Source: a virus
Lineage: Duplodnaviria; Caudoviricetes
Strand: one strand, 5' to 3'
DNA length: 44,790 bases
Virus record (IMG/VR): IMGVR_UViG_3300025000_000029
Coordinates: 1 to 44,790 of that record
Shown: positions 1 to 9,877 of the stretch, piece after piece
How the letters are laid out: each line of letters opens with the position of its first letter
How positions within the stretch are numbered: position 1 is the first letter of the stretch
Translations under genes and position numbers: made by a program
Notes under the pieces: generated by a model
What the model was told of the DNA's origin: nothing
The model's database searches: none
Seen by the model: only the letters and a program-made list of their open reading frames with translations

Positions 1-127
1 AATGTATTGCTTGATCCGCTTGACCTTATTGGACCCGTTGGTAATGTTGCAATGGGGAAGGTTGGCAAGGTAACAGGTAACACAGCAATGCTTGATGCTT
101 TCGGATTCGATAACGCAGGTAAGAGTA
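1..127. repeat. Terminal direct repeat, copy 1 (circular assembly overlap)
   Basis: 1-127 is identical to 44664-44790; 127 is a common assembler k-mer length. Confidence 0.95.
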
Positions 128-3100
128 TCTTAGAGAATACACAGGCATATAAAACAATGGTGCGCACAATGCCAGCAGAACAGGCAGCGCAATTATCATC
201 GTTCGGTCAATGGGTTGCAGGAATTACCAAAGAGGGTATGCCGAAAGAACTTGTTACAAAGCCAGGCAAGAACCCGTTCAACTATCTATTCGGATTGACT
301 CCAACCTCACGCGCGAACTATACACTATCAACAATGGTTGATGGATTGAATAACCTTATCGCGCATGAATGGGACATACCAACCATTGAAGCCTTGATTG
401 ACAGGGTTGCGAGTTTATCACCACAGGACGCGATCAAAGCAGCGGAAACACCAACCATGAAATTGAATGTTGGTGGAGTAGAAACAACCGTACCCGTACC
501 AAAATACTATATGAGCGCAGAGGCACAGGTAATGCCAGCAGCAATTAAGGATTCATTACCAGCGGTAAAAGAAAAATTTGATGCGTATAAAGTTGCAGAA
601 CCACAACGACAGATCATTAATAAGATTGCTGAATATATGGGGTATGAGAAACCAGAACAGCTTATCAGGAAATTGCACAATGCAAAGGCAAAAGAAGCAG
701 ATCAGATATTCACGCAATTTGTATTTAGATTACAGGCAGCCGCCAAAGCAGGGGACACAAGCGCAGCACGGATACTTGATACATTGGGGAAGGCTGATGA
801 GTTCAAAACATTATCAGGCAGCAAGCTAAAGAAGATGGCTGATGAGTTTGTCGGAACCAATGGTATTGCTTTCAATGAAGCAATCCTAAAGTATCAAATC
901 CTTGACACGCTTGAAAGACAGATAAGTAAATGGGCGGTTGATTGGTTTGGAGTAAAGCCGGATAAACTGCTATTCCGTATGGGAAATGTAATCAAAAGAG
1001 CGCAAGGCGTGTTATTACTGGGGTTGAATCCGGCTTACTTTTTTAACAATACGATTGATAACCTTGTTAAGATGTCATGGGATGGGTTGATTCGCATGGG
1101 GAATATCCTTGATAAGAAAGCGATCCTTGCGGATTTAGGATATACACCTACCCGATGGATGCAGGCAGCAGGCGCGTATGATGTTGGCGGTATTGAATCC
1201 GGCACATTGAAGATGATGGGCGTTGATGCAGATAAAGTTATTGGGGAAGATATTCGCGCAGCAACAAGAGCGAAAGATGCAATTCAGGGAGTCGATGACT
1301 TCTTTAAGAAGGGTGATAAATTCCAGGTAATGCAGCAGGCCAGCCAATTGAACGAACGATGGTCAAGCTCAACAGCTATGGCCAGAGGAATAGAGGAATA
1401 TCTTAACCGCGCATTTCAACCAGGAAAAGGATTCGATAAAGTTCCCGATGACTTGAAGCTCATGCTTGAAGCAATTGAACCAGGACTATCAAAGAAATTT
1501 GAGAAAGCAATTGCCGGACGATGGAGCAAGAAGAAGATTGAGAACTATGTCTTTGGCAAGATGGGACGAAAGACTTCGATCAAAGATGTGCTTGATCCTG
1601 ATGCTGCTGATATGCTCGATCATTTAGGATTGACCAAAGAATTTGACAGACGATTAGCAACAGCCAAAACAGATGATGATATTTTCAACGTGTTCAAGGA
1701 TATGACCAAGACAATCCAGGATAATATTACGCAACAGATTATCCGCAACATGAAGAAGATTACGAATGATGCCTTGATGAAAACCAGCGTTGAAGGGTTG
1801 CAAGGCGTATTGGATATGATGGACAACCTCGAACAGATGAACGCTGATTTCTGGTTGCTACACATGGACAATATGCACAACGTTGCAGATGAAGCAGCAA
1901 AACGCAAGGGCGCATACAGGGCAGCAACATGGGAAACAGGCAGAACACAGGCAAGCCGCAACTGGAACAATCAGAATAATATCTATGGATCAAAGACATT
2001 GGGTATCTTCGAGGGATTAGGGATGGATAACGCAAGTCCTGAATACCTGAATGTTGGCAAGCTGATTATCGGTAAGAACAATAACTGGAATGACTTCTAT
2101 AAATTGACCGATGAATTATATAGCGCGTTTGCTGATAGCGTGAATGATGTAACCGATGCAGAGCGCATGACCAAATGGAATGACCTGAATGTACAACTCA
2201 ACCAGGCATACCTTGATGCAATCCTATCAGAGGATGCAATCATCAACAGCTTGAATGATATGTTTATTGTCCAGTATGCAAAGCAGTTCGAGAATAAAGG
2301 ACAGCTTGCAATCCTTGAAGCGCGTAATTGGCGATCATCCATAATGACAGAACGCCGGAAGATGATGCAGGCACAGTTACTATGGCGCAATGGAACCATA
2401 CCAGAGGATGCCTTAAAGTGGGGCGACTTACTTCCACAGGCAACCAAAGATGCGATCACCAAACTCAATCAGGGAAAACCAATTCATACATTCAACCGGG
2501 CGACAAGGGATAAGATCAGTCCTAAATTTTGGAATGTGATATACCGCCAGTTCGTGAGAGATATGTCTATGGCCAGCGCAAACAACGCGCCAGGTATGGT
2601 AAAGAGTGCCAACCTACCGAAAGACTTACAGGCAGACTTGCCAGAGATACCAAAGCCAGAAGTTGAAGCGAAACCGAAACGACCCGCAGCCGTTGAGAAA
2701 CACGAAACCGATGTATGGAAAGTTATCTCCGAGAAGAAACCAGAGCTTGCAGGTATTGATGAAAATGGAATGATTGTACCGGAAGGGAAGCTGAATGTAA
2801 TCAAGTACGTGTTGAAGTGGAGTCCAGAAGCACGCGCAAAGATGCGATTGAACGCAGATAAGAAGCTACACTTCACCGACATAATGCCATCAGACATTGA
2901 GCAGGCAATCGGACTTGAAGCAGATTGGATGAAACGCCAGATGGAATTACCGCTTGACGATCCGAAAAGGATTGTTGACGAGAGCGGTAATATCGTAAAG
3001 GCAAAGCCAGAACCGGAGAAGGTTGACGATCCGTTCAAGGCAGAGAGAGAACGCAGCAGACGGACGACAGAAGAACAAGCGGCAGCAATCGCAGAACAGC

Positions 3101-6100
3101 AACCCGAACAGGTTACAGCAGAACCCGTAATTTCCGAACAAGAGCGTATTCAGAAATACGTTGACGAACAGAACGCCAAACGACAGGAGTCCATTGACAA
3201 CCAGCTTGCAGAATTACAGCAGCAGATTGACGAGAACAATAGACTGTATGAGATTGAAACAGACCAGGCGAAGCGCGAAGAATTACGCACAGAAGCAGCG
3301 CGATTAGACAAACAACGCAAGAAAATTACACAGACATTTGAAGAAATGGCAGGCGAATCAACAACGCAGCCAAAGCAATACTTGGGTATTCCTGAAACAA
3401 GTAAGGTTGCAGATATTCAGGATGAGTTTATCCGCAGTTCTGTTACGTTGAGCCTACAACAAATGCTTGATGATGTTGGTTTGACCGTTGAAGTATTGCC
3501 AGACAACACAAGAGTTGTTGAAGCAGGTGGACTTGGATGGTACAAGGATTGGTATTACGGACAGAAGCGATCCGGTAAAGACTCCGGCACATGGAACGCC
3601 AGCATTAACCGCAGAACACGAAGCGCATTAGAACATTTGATCAAAGGAACAGATAGCAAGAGTGACGACATACTTGCATACCAACAGCAGATATTCAATG
3701 ACGCGTTCCGAATGGCAGGCGAGAGCGATATTTACACCGCATGGAAATCAGGCGATTATGATAACGCGATCCGGTTATACGATCAGGTTGCAGACACGAT
3801 GGACAATGCAGCAATCCTTGACTTGCTTCATGGGGACGAGGGATTACTTGATGATATTTCAACCGCATGGATCAAGTCACTGGAAGAAAACGATTTGCTG
3901 AATATATCTGATGAGTGGAGTGTACCTGGTGGAGAGATTGAACCAGCACCACGCTTCACGCCAGAACAGCAGGCCTTGATTGACGCACGTAAACAATACA
4001 AGGATGTGCTTGACACGTATGACATGTTACGCAGTAATGCCGATGAAATGCAGAGAAACTTACCGCCAATGAAAGTTGGAAGGGAAGCAACACATCGGGC
4101 GTTATTCGATTACCTGAATGAAACCGCACGAGGGCAGGAATACGACAGCGTTATAGCCGTATGGGAAGGACTATCGAAAAACTACGCAAGGAATAATCCA
4201 GGTAAAACGCCGGAAGATTGGTACGAAACATGGGCGTTCAATTATGGTGGGGATGAGATTGATATTGTTGGACTATCACAGTTATATCAAGAAGCCGTTG
4301 CTTCTCCTAACAAAATCCATGTACCGGACAACATAAAGAACTTTGCGCGTATGCTACTACGTTCAGACGACAAGCAGATATTGTTTGAATTGCAATGGGC
4401 TGATTCGATTGACCAGAAGAAACAACTACTTACAGCATTACACCAGCAAGACCCGGTAAGAGCAAAGAATATCTTTGACCAGGCTATGCAGAATAAGGAA
4501 AAGTATTTGTGGCAGGAAGGAATGTCGCCAGAACAACGGCAGGCGAACCTGAATAAATTCATGGAAGGCAGTAAGGTTGTCGATGAGAATGGTAAACCAA
4601 AGTGGCTTTATCATGGAGCAAACAGAATAGACAGGATTGCAAAGGCTGAAAAGTTTGACAAGACAAAAGCCACAAGCGGACCAATGGCATTCTTTACTGA
4701 TGATCCTGAAATAGCAACCGGATATTCAACTAACAAAGCAGACAACAGTTTGTATTATGAATCTACACCAGGTGATTATTATAAAAAAGTATTCAAGGTT
4801 ACTGACAACGGAAAAGAATATTCGCTAATAGAATCGTACAACAAATTGCCAGCAGCAAAGCGGAGAGAGATAGCCGACAAATTGAAGGATGTTACGGCTT
4901 ATGATCCTATCACGGGTGATGAGTTAGAATTTCCTACTTACATAAAAGGCAGTGGTGGACCAGGTGGATTAGGCCACTGGAATTATATATTGAGACAAGA
5001 AGCAAAAAATAATCCTATTGATGCAGCAATAAATATATGGCTTGAATCTGGTAATCTGTATAACAACGAAGCTGATTTTGTAAAGGTATTACGCCAAGCA
5101 GGATGGGATAAAGGGATCATTGAACTTGTTGAAACAAGACCAGGTATTATTCCTGTTGTTGCAAACATAAAAAATCCGCTTGACACAATGAATATCCCGA
5201 ACGAACTCAAAGCAGCACTTCAAGAACGTGCAACCATTGAGGAACCAAAGTTTGTAAGAGAACCAGGCGGCGCAGATTTTTGGGATAAGAATACGATCAG
5301 TCCGCTTGAATGGATTGATTACTTCAACAAGAACATGGAAACAGGCGACACAACAGTATGGACAAGAATACCTGATTGGGCTACTGATACAATAAAAAGC
5401 TATGGGTATGATGGTATCAAGGATTATGGTGGAAAATATAGTAGCAACAAACACACTGTATGGATTCCATTTGATGAAACACAGGTAAAATCTATTTTCA
5501 ATCAGGGAACATTCAACCCTGATGATCCAAGAATGTTACACCAACAAAAGCGCGGCTTCACTCACTGGACAGATGACGGCGTTGCAATCGTTCATGCGTT
5601 GAAAAGCGGGGATGTATCGACATTAGTACATGAAACAATACACGTGTACACAAGGCAAATGGGCGCAGAACATAGCAAGGTTGTAACTGATTGGCTACGC
5701 AAGGATCACAAACTTGAATTAGCTGATGAATGGTATCTCGATCCTATCGCAAACAGAGAAGCAAGCGAACTACTTGCGAAGGGATTCGAGAAATACCTTG
5801 CAGAAGGCAAAGCACCAACCCCGAAATTACAGCAGGTATTCGAGAACTTCAAACGCTGGATGGTTGATATTTACAAGAGTATCACGGGTAGTGATATTGA
5901 TATTACTTTAAGTGATGATGTTCGGAAAGTGTTTGATGAATGGGTGAGCGGTGAGAAGGTTGCGGAAGCAGAGCAGGCAGGTGGCACATCGTTACTTGAT
6001 GGACAGAAAGAATGGTGGCAATTAACCAAAGAAGAAATCAAACCAATTGCTGATGAAATCAATAGCGTATTGAATGATAAGAAATACAACAATGATAATT

Positions 6101-9009
6101 TGCATATTGGCAGACTTCAAAGAAAATTAGAAACAGAACAAAAGGAACTAAAGAAGCTAAAAGATTTTCAAGCAGAAAATGACTTTACAAAATCAGACAA
6201 AAAATTAGTAAACAAAATTAAGAAACAATTAGAGATTGTCAAAGATACTGAAATAAAATTACAGGAAGCAAGGGATAAATTCTACAAGATAGGTAGAGAA
6301 CTTGCCGACACAATGTTAGAAAAGTTTCCTGATTATGTTACTCCGTTAGACGAGTACCCATATTTTGTAGGAAATAAAAATTGGAGTACGGCGTTATTAA
6401 AAGACGGTCATTTAGACGCAGTTAGAAAAGCTATTAGAGAAGGCAAACAAGTACCTCCCGAAGTTCTTGCAGACTATCCAGAACTTGCGAGATTACAACC
6501 CGAACCGCAATCCAACATCTTCACGCCGAAAGCACAGACAAACCTATTCGGTGAAGATATGCCAGCATGGGGATTGAAACCAGAGCAGGCAGAAGCACAG
6601 ACATTCAAACCGCAAGACGAATCGTTGCAGCCAAAGATGTTTGATACCCGCGAATATTTGCCAGAGATAAAAGCAAAGCAAGGCGGTGATGTAAAACCGA
6701 TTGAAGGTGGTTTATTCCAGGACGCACCAAGCGCACCGAAAGAGAACTACGCACAGGGCGCGCCATTCGGTACAGCAGATCAATTGATTGAAGCACCAAT
6801 GGATGAAATGTTATACGAGGGATTTCTTAAGAATATCCAACCAACCCTTGATAAAGCAATGAATGACCTGATGAGTTCAAAGGTTGCAGAGCAGGGCAGT
6901 ATCGCCAGCAGATTGCCGGAAGAAGCACAGCCATTACTCCGCAAGTATTTGGGCAAGGTGTATTCAGACTTATCCAGCACCAACATGGGCGCAATCAAAT
7001 ATGCAGAAGGACGCAGAAAATTCTCATTGCTTGACTACTCCGCACGTACTGGATTCGATTCAGTTGCCGGAATGTTCATGCCGTATCAATTCTGGTACAC
7101 AAGATCAGCTATCAATTGGTTGATTCGTATTGCAGCAGACCCGAAGATACTTGCAGACTATTTGAGATTACAGAACTTTGCACAGGACGCGGAAGATCGG
7201 GAAGGATTTCCAACCAGGCTAAAGGGTAAAGTTGGAATACCAGCACCGTTCTTACCTGATTGGATGGGTGACACCATCTACATTGACCCGATGCGTAAGA
7301 TATTCAACTTTCAAGATATGGCAAGACCCTTCACGCAGCTTGCAGAGGAAAATAATCTTGTCAATCAAAAGACAATGAGCGCAATTCAGCGCATGTTGGA
7401 AGAAGATCAGATCACAGAGGAACAGGCACAGGAAGCAATCGAGTCACGATCCGGTAAGATATGGGAAGATGCCAAGATACAGGCGAAAGCAGAAGCGGAC
7501 ACTGAATTGAATAACCCGCTTGACTTTGCATTTGCCTTATCAAGTCCGAGCTTACCCTTATCACTTGCAAGAGAATACTTTGGTATTGCAGGTGGAGATA
7601 AAAGCAGGATCAGCCAGCTTCCCATTACCAGGACAATACAGTCCGTTACTTCCATGATGGGCATTGGCAAGAATCCACGTGGAGTAAACGTTGAGGAACC
7701 ATTTAGAAAAGGATTTGGATTGCCGGAGATTGACCGCTTTGAAGCCTATCGAATTGACAGGGAACTATCCAACATGGTTGCGGATGGATTGATTGACAAG
7801 GACACCGCAATAATGTCAATGATAAACCGGACGGGTCCGGATTTTGAGGATGCACAGCGCAGGGTTGCAACACAGATGAATATAAAAATGTTTCTTTCCA
7901 GTGTTGGGGTTGACTTCTTCCCGGAAGGTGAGGAAGAAATGAGAGCAATCCAGAGCGAGTATTACAAGGCAATGGAAGCAAGATACGAGCAGGGTGATGA
8001 GCAGGCGTTCACGAAGTTTTGGGATGAGTTCCCGGAGTATGAAGCGCGACAGGCAGCAGTCAATGATGACCCCGAAGAAATGATGCGCCACTTTTTACGC
8101 TCACGTATTTGGCAGGCATGGAATGAGAAGAACGGATATGAGAAAGGGCAGGTTGCAAAGGCGTTCGGTGATGTATTCGAGGATTCTTTCCTGAATAAAG
8201 AGACCAGGAATTATGACGATATATCAACCGAAACATACGCAGCATGGGCGAAAACATTGGGCGCGACAATGCCAGACAAACTGGAAGGTACACCAGAGAT
8301 TGCAAACGCTTCAATCCCGGATGAGATCAACAACCAGCTTAACCAATACTTAAGCGAACGTAACTCAAACTTTCCAGGTATCAGCGAAACATTAGAACAA
8401 TTGTACGCATTACCAGAAGCACAACAGCAGGCGTTCAGAAATTCACACCCGATGATCGAGGACTATCAATCATGGCGTAACAAATTCATTACACAAAATC
8501 CATCCGTTGTTTCTTATCTTACAGGTGAGAGTTCAGAATTGTACGGATTACCGGAGCCAGTACAGCTTGCGGTATATAACTATCGCCAGGAAGTGAATGA
8601 CAACTTCCCGAACATTTACGATACACAATCCGCATACTTCAACATTGCCAACACCAACGCGAAAAAGAATTACCTGAAACAACATCCTGAATTGCCAGCG
8701 TATTGGGATTTCAGGCGCGAGTATTCAGCAGCTTACCCACAGGCGGCACCGTACATATTGAGTGATGAAAGCCTTGCAAAATCCATTCTTGGAGAGGACA
8801 GGTACATTAACTCAACCGTTCAGGAAGTTGACCGCACACAGTTTGATGATGCACTTCTCCGATTGCTTGCCAGTTATTATTACGGCGGCAGACCATTGAC
8901 CAGTGGAGCAAGAGCAGAACTTACAAGACTATGGGATAACGCAGGTAAACCAGCAGGAACAATGGAGAATTGGCTGAACGCATACGTGTGGCCAACAATC
9001 AAAAAATAA
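1..9009 (+). CDS. Giant polyvalent virion/ejection protein, C-terminal ~3000 aa, with ART-PolyVal-like and zincin metallopeptidase-like domains
   Basis: 3000-codon ORF; SKVVDENGKP..YHG...FFTDD...GYDGI...QVKS..N.GTF (ART-PolyVal-like); STLVHETIH...ELLAKGFEKYLAEGKAP (HExxH); lies after portal. Confidence 0.8.
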   Translation, partial: NVLLDPLDLIGPVGNVAMGKVGKVTGNTAMLDAFGFDNAGKSILENTQAYKTMVRTMPAEQAAQLSSFGQWVAGITKEGMPKELVTKPGKNPFNYLFGLTPTSRANYTLSTMVDGLNNLIAHEWDIPTIEALIDRVASLSPQDAIKAAETPTMKLNVGGVETTVPVPKYYMSAEAQVMPAAIKDSLPAVKEKFDAYKVAEPQRQIINKIAEYMGYEKPEQLIRKLHNAKAKEADQIFTQFVFRLQAAAKAGDTSAARILDTLGKADEFKTLSGSKLKKMADEFVGTNGIAFNEAILKYQILDTLERQISKWAVDWFGVKPDKLLFRMGNVIKRAQGVLLLGLNPAYFFNNTIDNLVKMSWDGLIRMGNILDKKAILADLGYTPTRWMQAAGAYDVGGIESGTLKMMGVDADKVIGEDIRAATRAKDAIQGVDDFFKKGDKFQVMQQASQLNERWSSSTAMARGIEEYLNRAFQPGKGFDKVPDDLKLMLEAIEPGLSKKFEKAIAGRWSKKKIENYVFGKMGRKTSIKDVLDPDAADMLDHLGLTKEFDRRLATAKTDDDIFNVFKDMTKTIQDNITQQIIRNMKKITNDALMKTSVEGLQGVLDMMDNLEQMNADFWLLHMDNMHNVADEAAKRKGAYRAATWETGRTQASRNWNNQNNIYGSKTLGIFEGLGMDNASPEYLNVGKLIIGKNNNWNDFYKLTDELYSAFADSVNDVTDAERMTKWNDLNVQLNQAYLDAILSEDAIINSLNDMFIVQYAKQFENKGQLAILEARNWRSSIMTERRKMMQAQLLWRNGTIPEDALKWGDLLPQATKDAITKLNQGKPIHTFNRATRDKISPKFWNVIYRQFVRDMSMASANNAPGMVKSANLPKDLQADLPEIPKPEVEAKPKRPAAVEKHETDVWKVISEKKPELAGIDENGMIVPEGKLNVIKYVLKWSPEARAKMRLNADKKLHFTDIMPSDIEQAIGLEADWMKRQMELPLDDPKRIVDESGNIVKAKPEPEKVDDPFKAERERSRRTTEEQAAAIAEQQPEQVTAEPVISEQERIQKYVDEQNAKRQESIDNQLAELQQQIDENNRLYEIETDQAKREELRTEAARLDKQRKKITQTFEEMAGESTTQPKQYLGIPETSKVADIQDEFIRSSVTLSLQQMLDDVGLTVEVLPDNTRVVEAGGLGWYKDWYYGQKRSGKDSGTWNASINRRTRSALEHLIKGTDSKSDDILAYQQQIFNDAFRMAGESDIYTAWKSGDYDNAIRLYDQVADTMDNAAILDLLHGDEGLLDDISTAWIKSLEENDLLNISDEWSVPGGEIEPAPRFTPEQQALIDARKQYKDVLDTYDMLRSNADEMQRNLPPMKVGREATHRALFDYLNETARGQEYDSVIAVWEGLSKNYARNNPGKTPEDWYETWAFNYGGDEIDIVGLSQLYQEAVASPNKIHVPDNIKNFARMLLRSDDKQILFELQWADSIDQKKQLLTALHQQDPVRAKNIFDQAMQNKEKYLWQEGMSPEQRQANLNKFMEGSKVVDENGKPKWLYHGANRIDRIAKAEKFDKTKATSGPMAFFTDDPEIATGYSTNKADNSLYYESTPGDYYKKVFKVTDNGKEYSLIESYNKLPAAKRREIADKLKDVTAYDPITGDELEFPTYIKGSGGPGGLGHWNYILRQEAKNNPIDAAINIWLESGNLYNNEADFVKVLRQAGWDKGIIELVETRPGIIPVVANIKNPLDTMNIPNELKAALQERATIEEPKFVREPGGADFWDKNTISPLEWIDYFNKNMETGDTTVWTRIPDWATDTIKSYGYDGIKDYGGKYSSNKHTVWIPFDETQVKSIFNQGTFNPDDPRMLHQQKRGFTHWTDDGVAIVHALKSGDVSTLVHETIHVYTRQMGAEHSKVVTDWLRKDHKLELADEWYLDPIANREASELLAKGFEKYLAEGKAPTPKLQQVFENFKRWMVDIYKSITGSDIDITLSDDVRKVFDEWVSGEKVAEAEQAGGTSLLDGQKEWWQLTKEEIKPIADEINSVLNDKKYNNDNLHIGRLQRKLETEQKELKKLKDFQAENDFTKSDKKLVNKIKKQLEIVKDTEIKLQEARDKFYKIGRELADTMLEKFPDYVTPLDEYPYFVGNKNWSTALLKDGHLDAVRKAIREGKQVPPEVLADYPELARLQPEPQSNIFTPKAQTNLFGEDMPAWGLKPEQAEAQTFKPQDESLQPKMFDTREYLPEIKAKQGGDVKPIEGGLFQDAPSAPKENYAQGAPFGTADQLIEAPMDEMLYEGFLKNIQPTLDKAMNDLMSSKVAEQGSIASRLPEEAQPLLRKYLGKVYSDLSSTNMGAIKYAEGRRKFSLLDYSARTGFDSVAGMFMPYQFWYTRSAINWLIRIAADPKILADYLRLQNFAQDAEDREGFPTRLKGKVGIPAPFLPDWMGDTIYIDPMRKIFNFQDMARPFTQLAEENNLVNQKTMSAIQRMLEEDQITEEQAQEAIESRSGKIWEDAKIQAKAEADTELNNPLDFAFALSSPSLPLSLAREYFGIAGGDKSRISQLPITRTIQSVTSMMGIGKNPRGVNVEEPFRKGFGLPEIDRFEAYRIDRELSNMVADGLIDKDTAIMSMINRTGPDFEDAQRRVATQMNIKMFLSSVGVDFFPEGEEEMRAIQSEYYKAMEARYEQGDEQAFTKFWDEFPEYEARQAAVNDDPEEMMRHFLRSRIWQAWNEKNGYEKGQVAKAFGDVFEDSFLNKETRNYDDISTETYAAWAKTLGATMPDKLEGTPEIANASIPDEINNQLNQYLSERNSNFPGISETLEQLYALPEAQQQAFRNSHPMIEDYQSWRNKFITQNPSVVSYLTGESSELYGLPEPVQLAVYNYRQEVNDNFPNIYDTQSAYFNIANTNAKKNYLKQHPELPAYWDFRREYSAAYPQAAPYILSDESLAKSILGEDRYINSTVQEVDRTQFDDALLRLLASYYYGGRPLTSGARAELTRLWDNAGKPAGTMENWLNAYVWPTIKK

Positions 9010-9020
9010 GGATTGTACCT

Positions 9021-9040
9021 ATTGACATTTACTGTATAAT
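9021..9040 (+). promoter_or_regulatory. Putative late promoter of the head/tail operon
   Basis: ATTGAC-N8-TATAAT, same layout as 37856-37875. Confidence 0.55.
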
Positions 9041-9101
9041 AGAATTGTCGTAAGGTAATAAATAAATTGACTAGAATCAATTAAAAGTGCCTTACAGTTT
9101 C

Positions 9102-9144
9102 GGCGAATGACCGCTTGACAAATTGTTGAGCGGTTTTTTATTTT
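9102..9144 (+). terminator. Leader terminator/attenuator with GGCGAATGACCG box
   Basis: Stem ACCGCTTGACA/TGTTGAGCGGT plus T-tract, upstream of the AGGAGG RBS of the scaffold gene. Confidence 0.75.
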
Positions 9145-9157
9145 ACCAGGAGGTAGA

Positions 9158-9874
9158 TTGATGAGCGATACAAACCCTGTAAAGTTTCAAGCGCAACCGG
9201 AAGGCCAGCCGGAAGGTATTCCAACAGTGGATACCAACGCGCAGGGGAACGAACAGGCAGACAACAGTCAGAGACAACCGTTCGATATTCGCGAACTAGA
9301 GTCGATTGTTGAAAAAACTGTCTCAAAATCTTTGGAGAGTTTCTCACGGGAACAACAGAGCCAGAGAGACAGGATGGAAGCAAGGATTAAAGGTGAGGTT
9401 CAAAAGCAATTGAATGTGTACCAAAAAGCAGGCTATGAAGTAACTGACGACATGAAAGAAAAAGTTGAATCAGTTATCCGCAATGACATTGCAAATGAAT
9501 CTCGTAACAATGGTTCACTCCCAGCGGAAGGCCAACCGACAGGGAAGCAGGATCAAAGTACAGGTAATCCATCGGAGCAATTGGTTAATGCTGAACTTGA
9601 AGAACTTGACAAGCAATACGGCGTATCACTGAACAGGGATGATCCCGAAGCGCAGGAGATAAAAGATAATCTCAAACCGTTTCAATTTATACGCGCGTAC
9701 GAGCAAGCACTGAAAGCGAAAGCAGAACGCCTTGCATTGCCAGACCAGACCACACGCACACCATTCCAGCAAGTACATACAAGCGGTGGCGCTGGAACTC
9801 CCGGTAATCCATTAGCAAACATGACCAGTCCTGATGACATTTGGGGCGAAGTTAGAAAAACCATGAGGAGATAA
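9158..9874 (+). CDS. Putative capsid scaffolding protein
   Basis: Acidic/Q-rich helical protein directly upstream of the major capsid gene; AGGAGG RBS (start probably ATG 9161). Confidence 0.7.
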   Translation: MMSDTNPVKFQAQPEGQPEGIPTVDTNAQGNEQADNSQRQPFDIRELESIVEKTVSKSLESFSREQQSQRDRMEARIKGEVQKQLNVYQKAGYEVTDDMKEKVESVIRNDIANESRNNGSLPAEGQPTGKQDQSTGNPSEQLVNAELEELDKQYGVSLNRDDPEAQEIKDNLKPFQFIRAYEQALKAKAERLALPDQTTRTPFQQVHTSGGAGTPGNPLANMTSPDDIWGEVRKTMRR

Positions 9875-9877
9875 TCA

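Noticed and set aside
1-9009. Tape measure protein or virion RNA polymerase
   Set aside because: No tail tube/chaperone genes and no RNAP catalytic motifs recognised; the domains fit a polyvalent ejection protein
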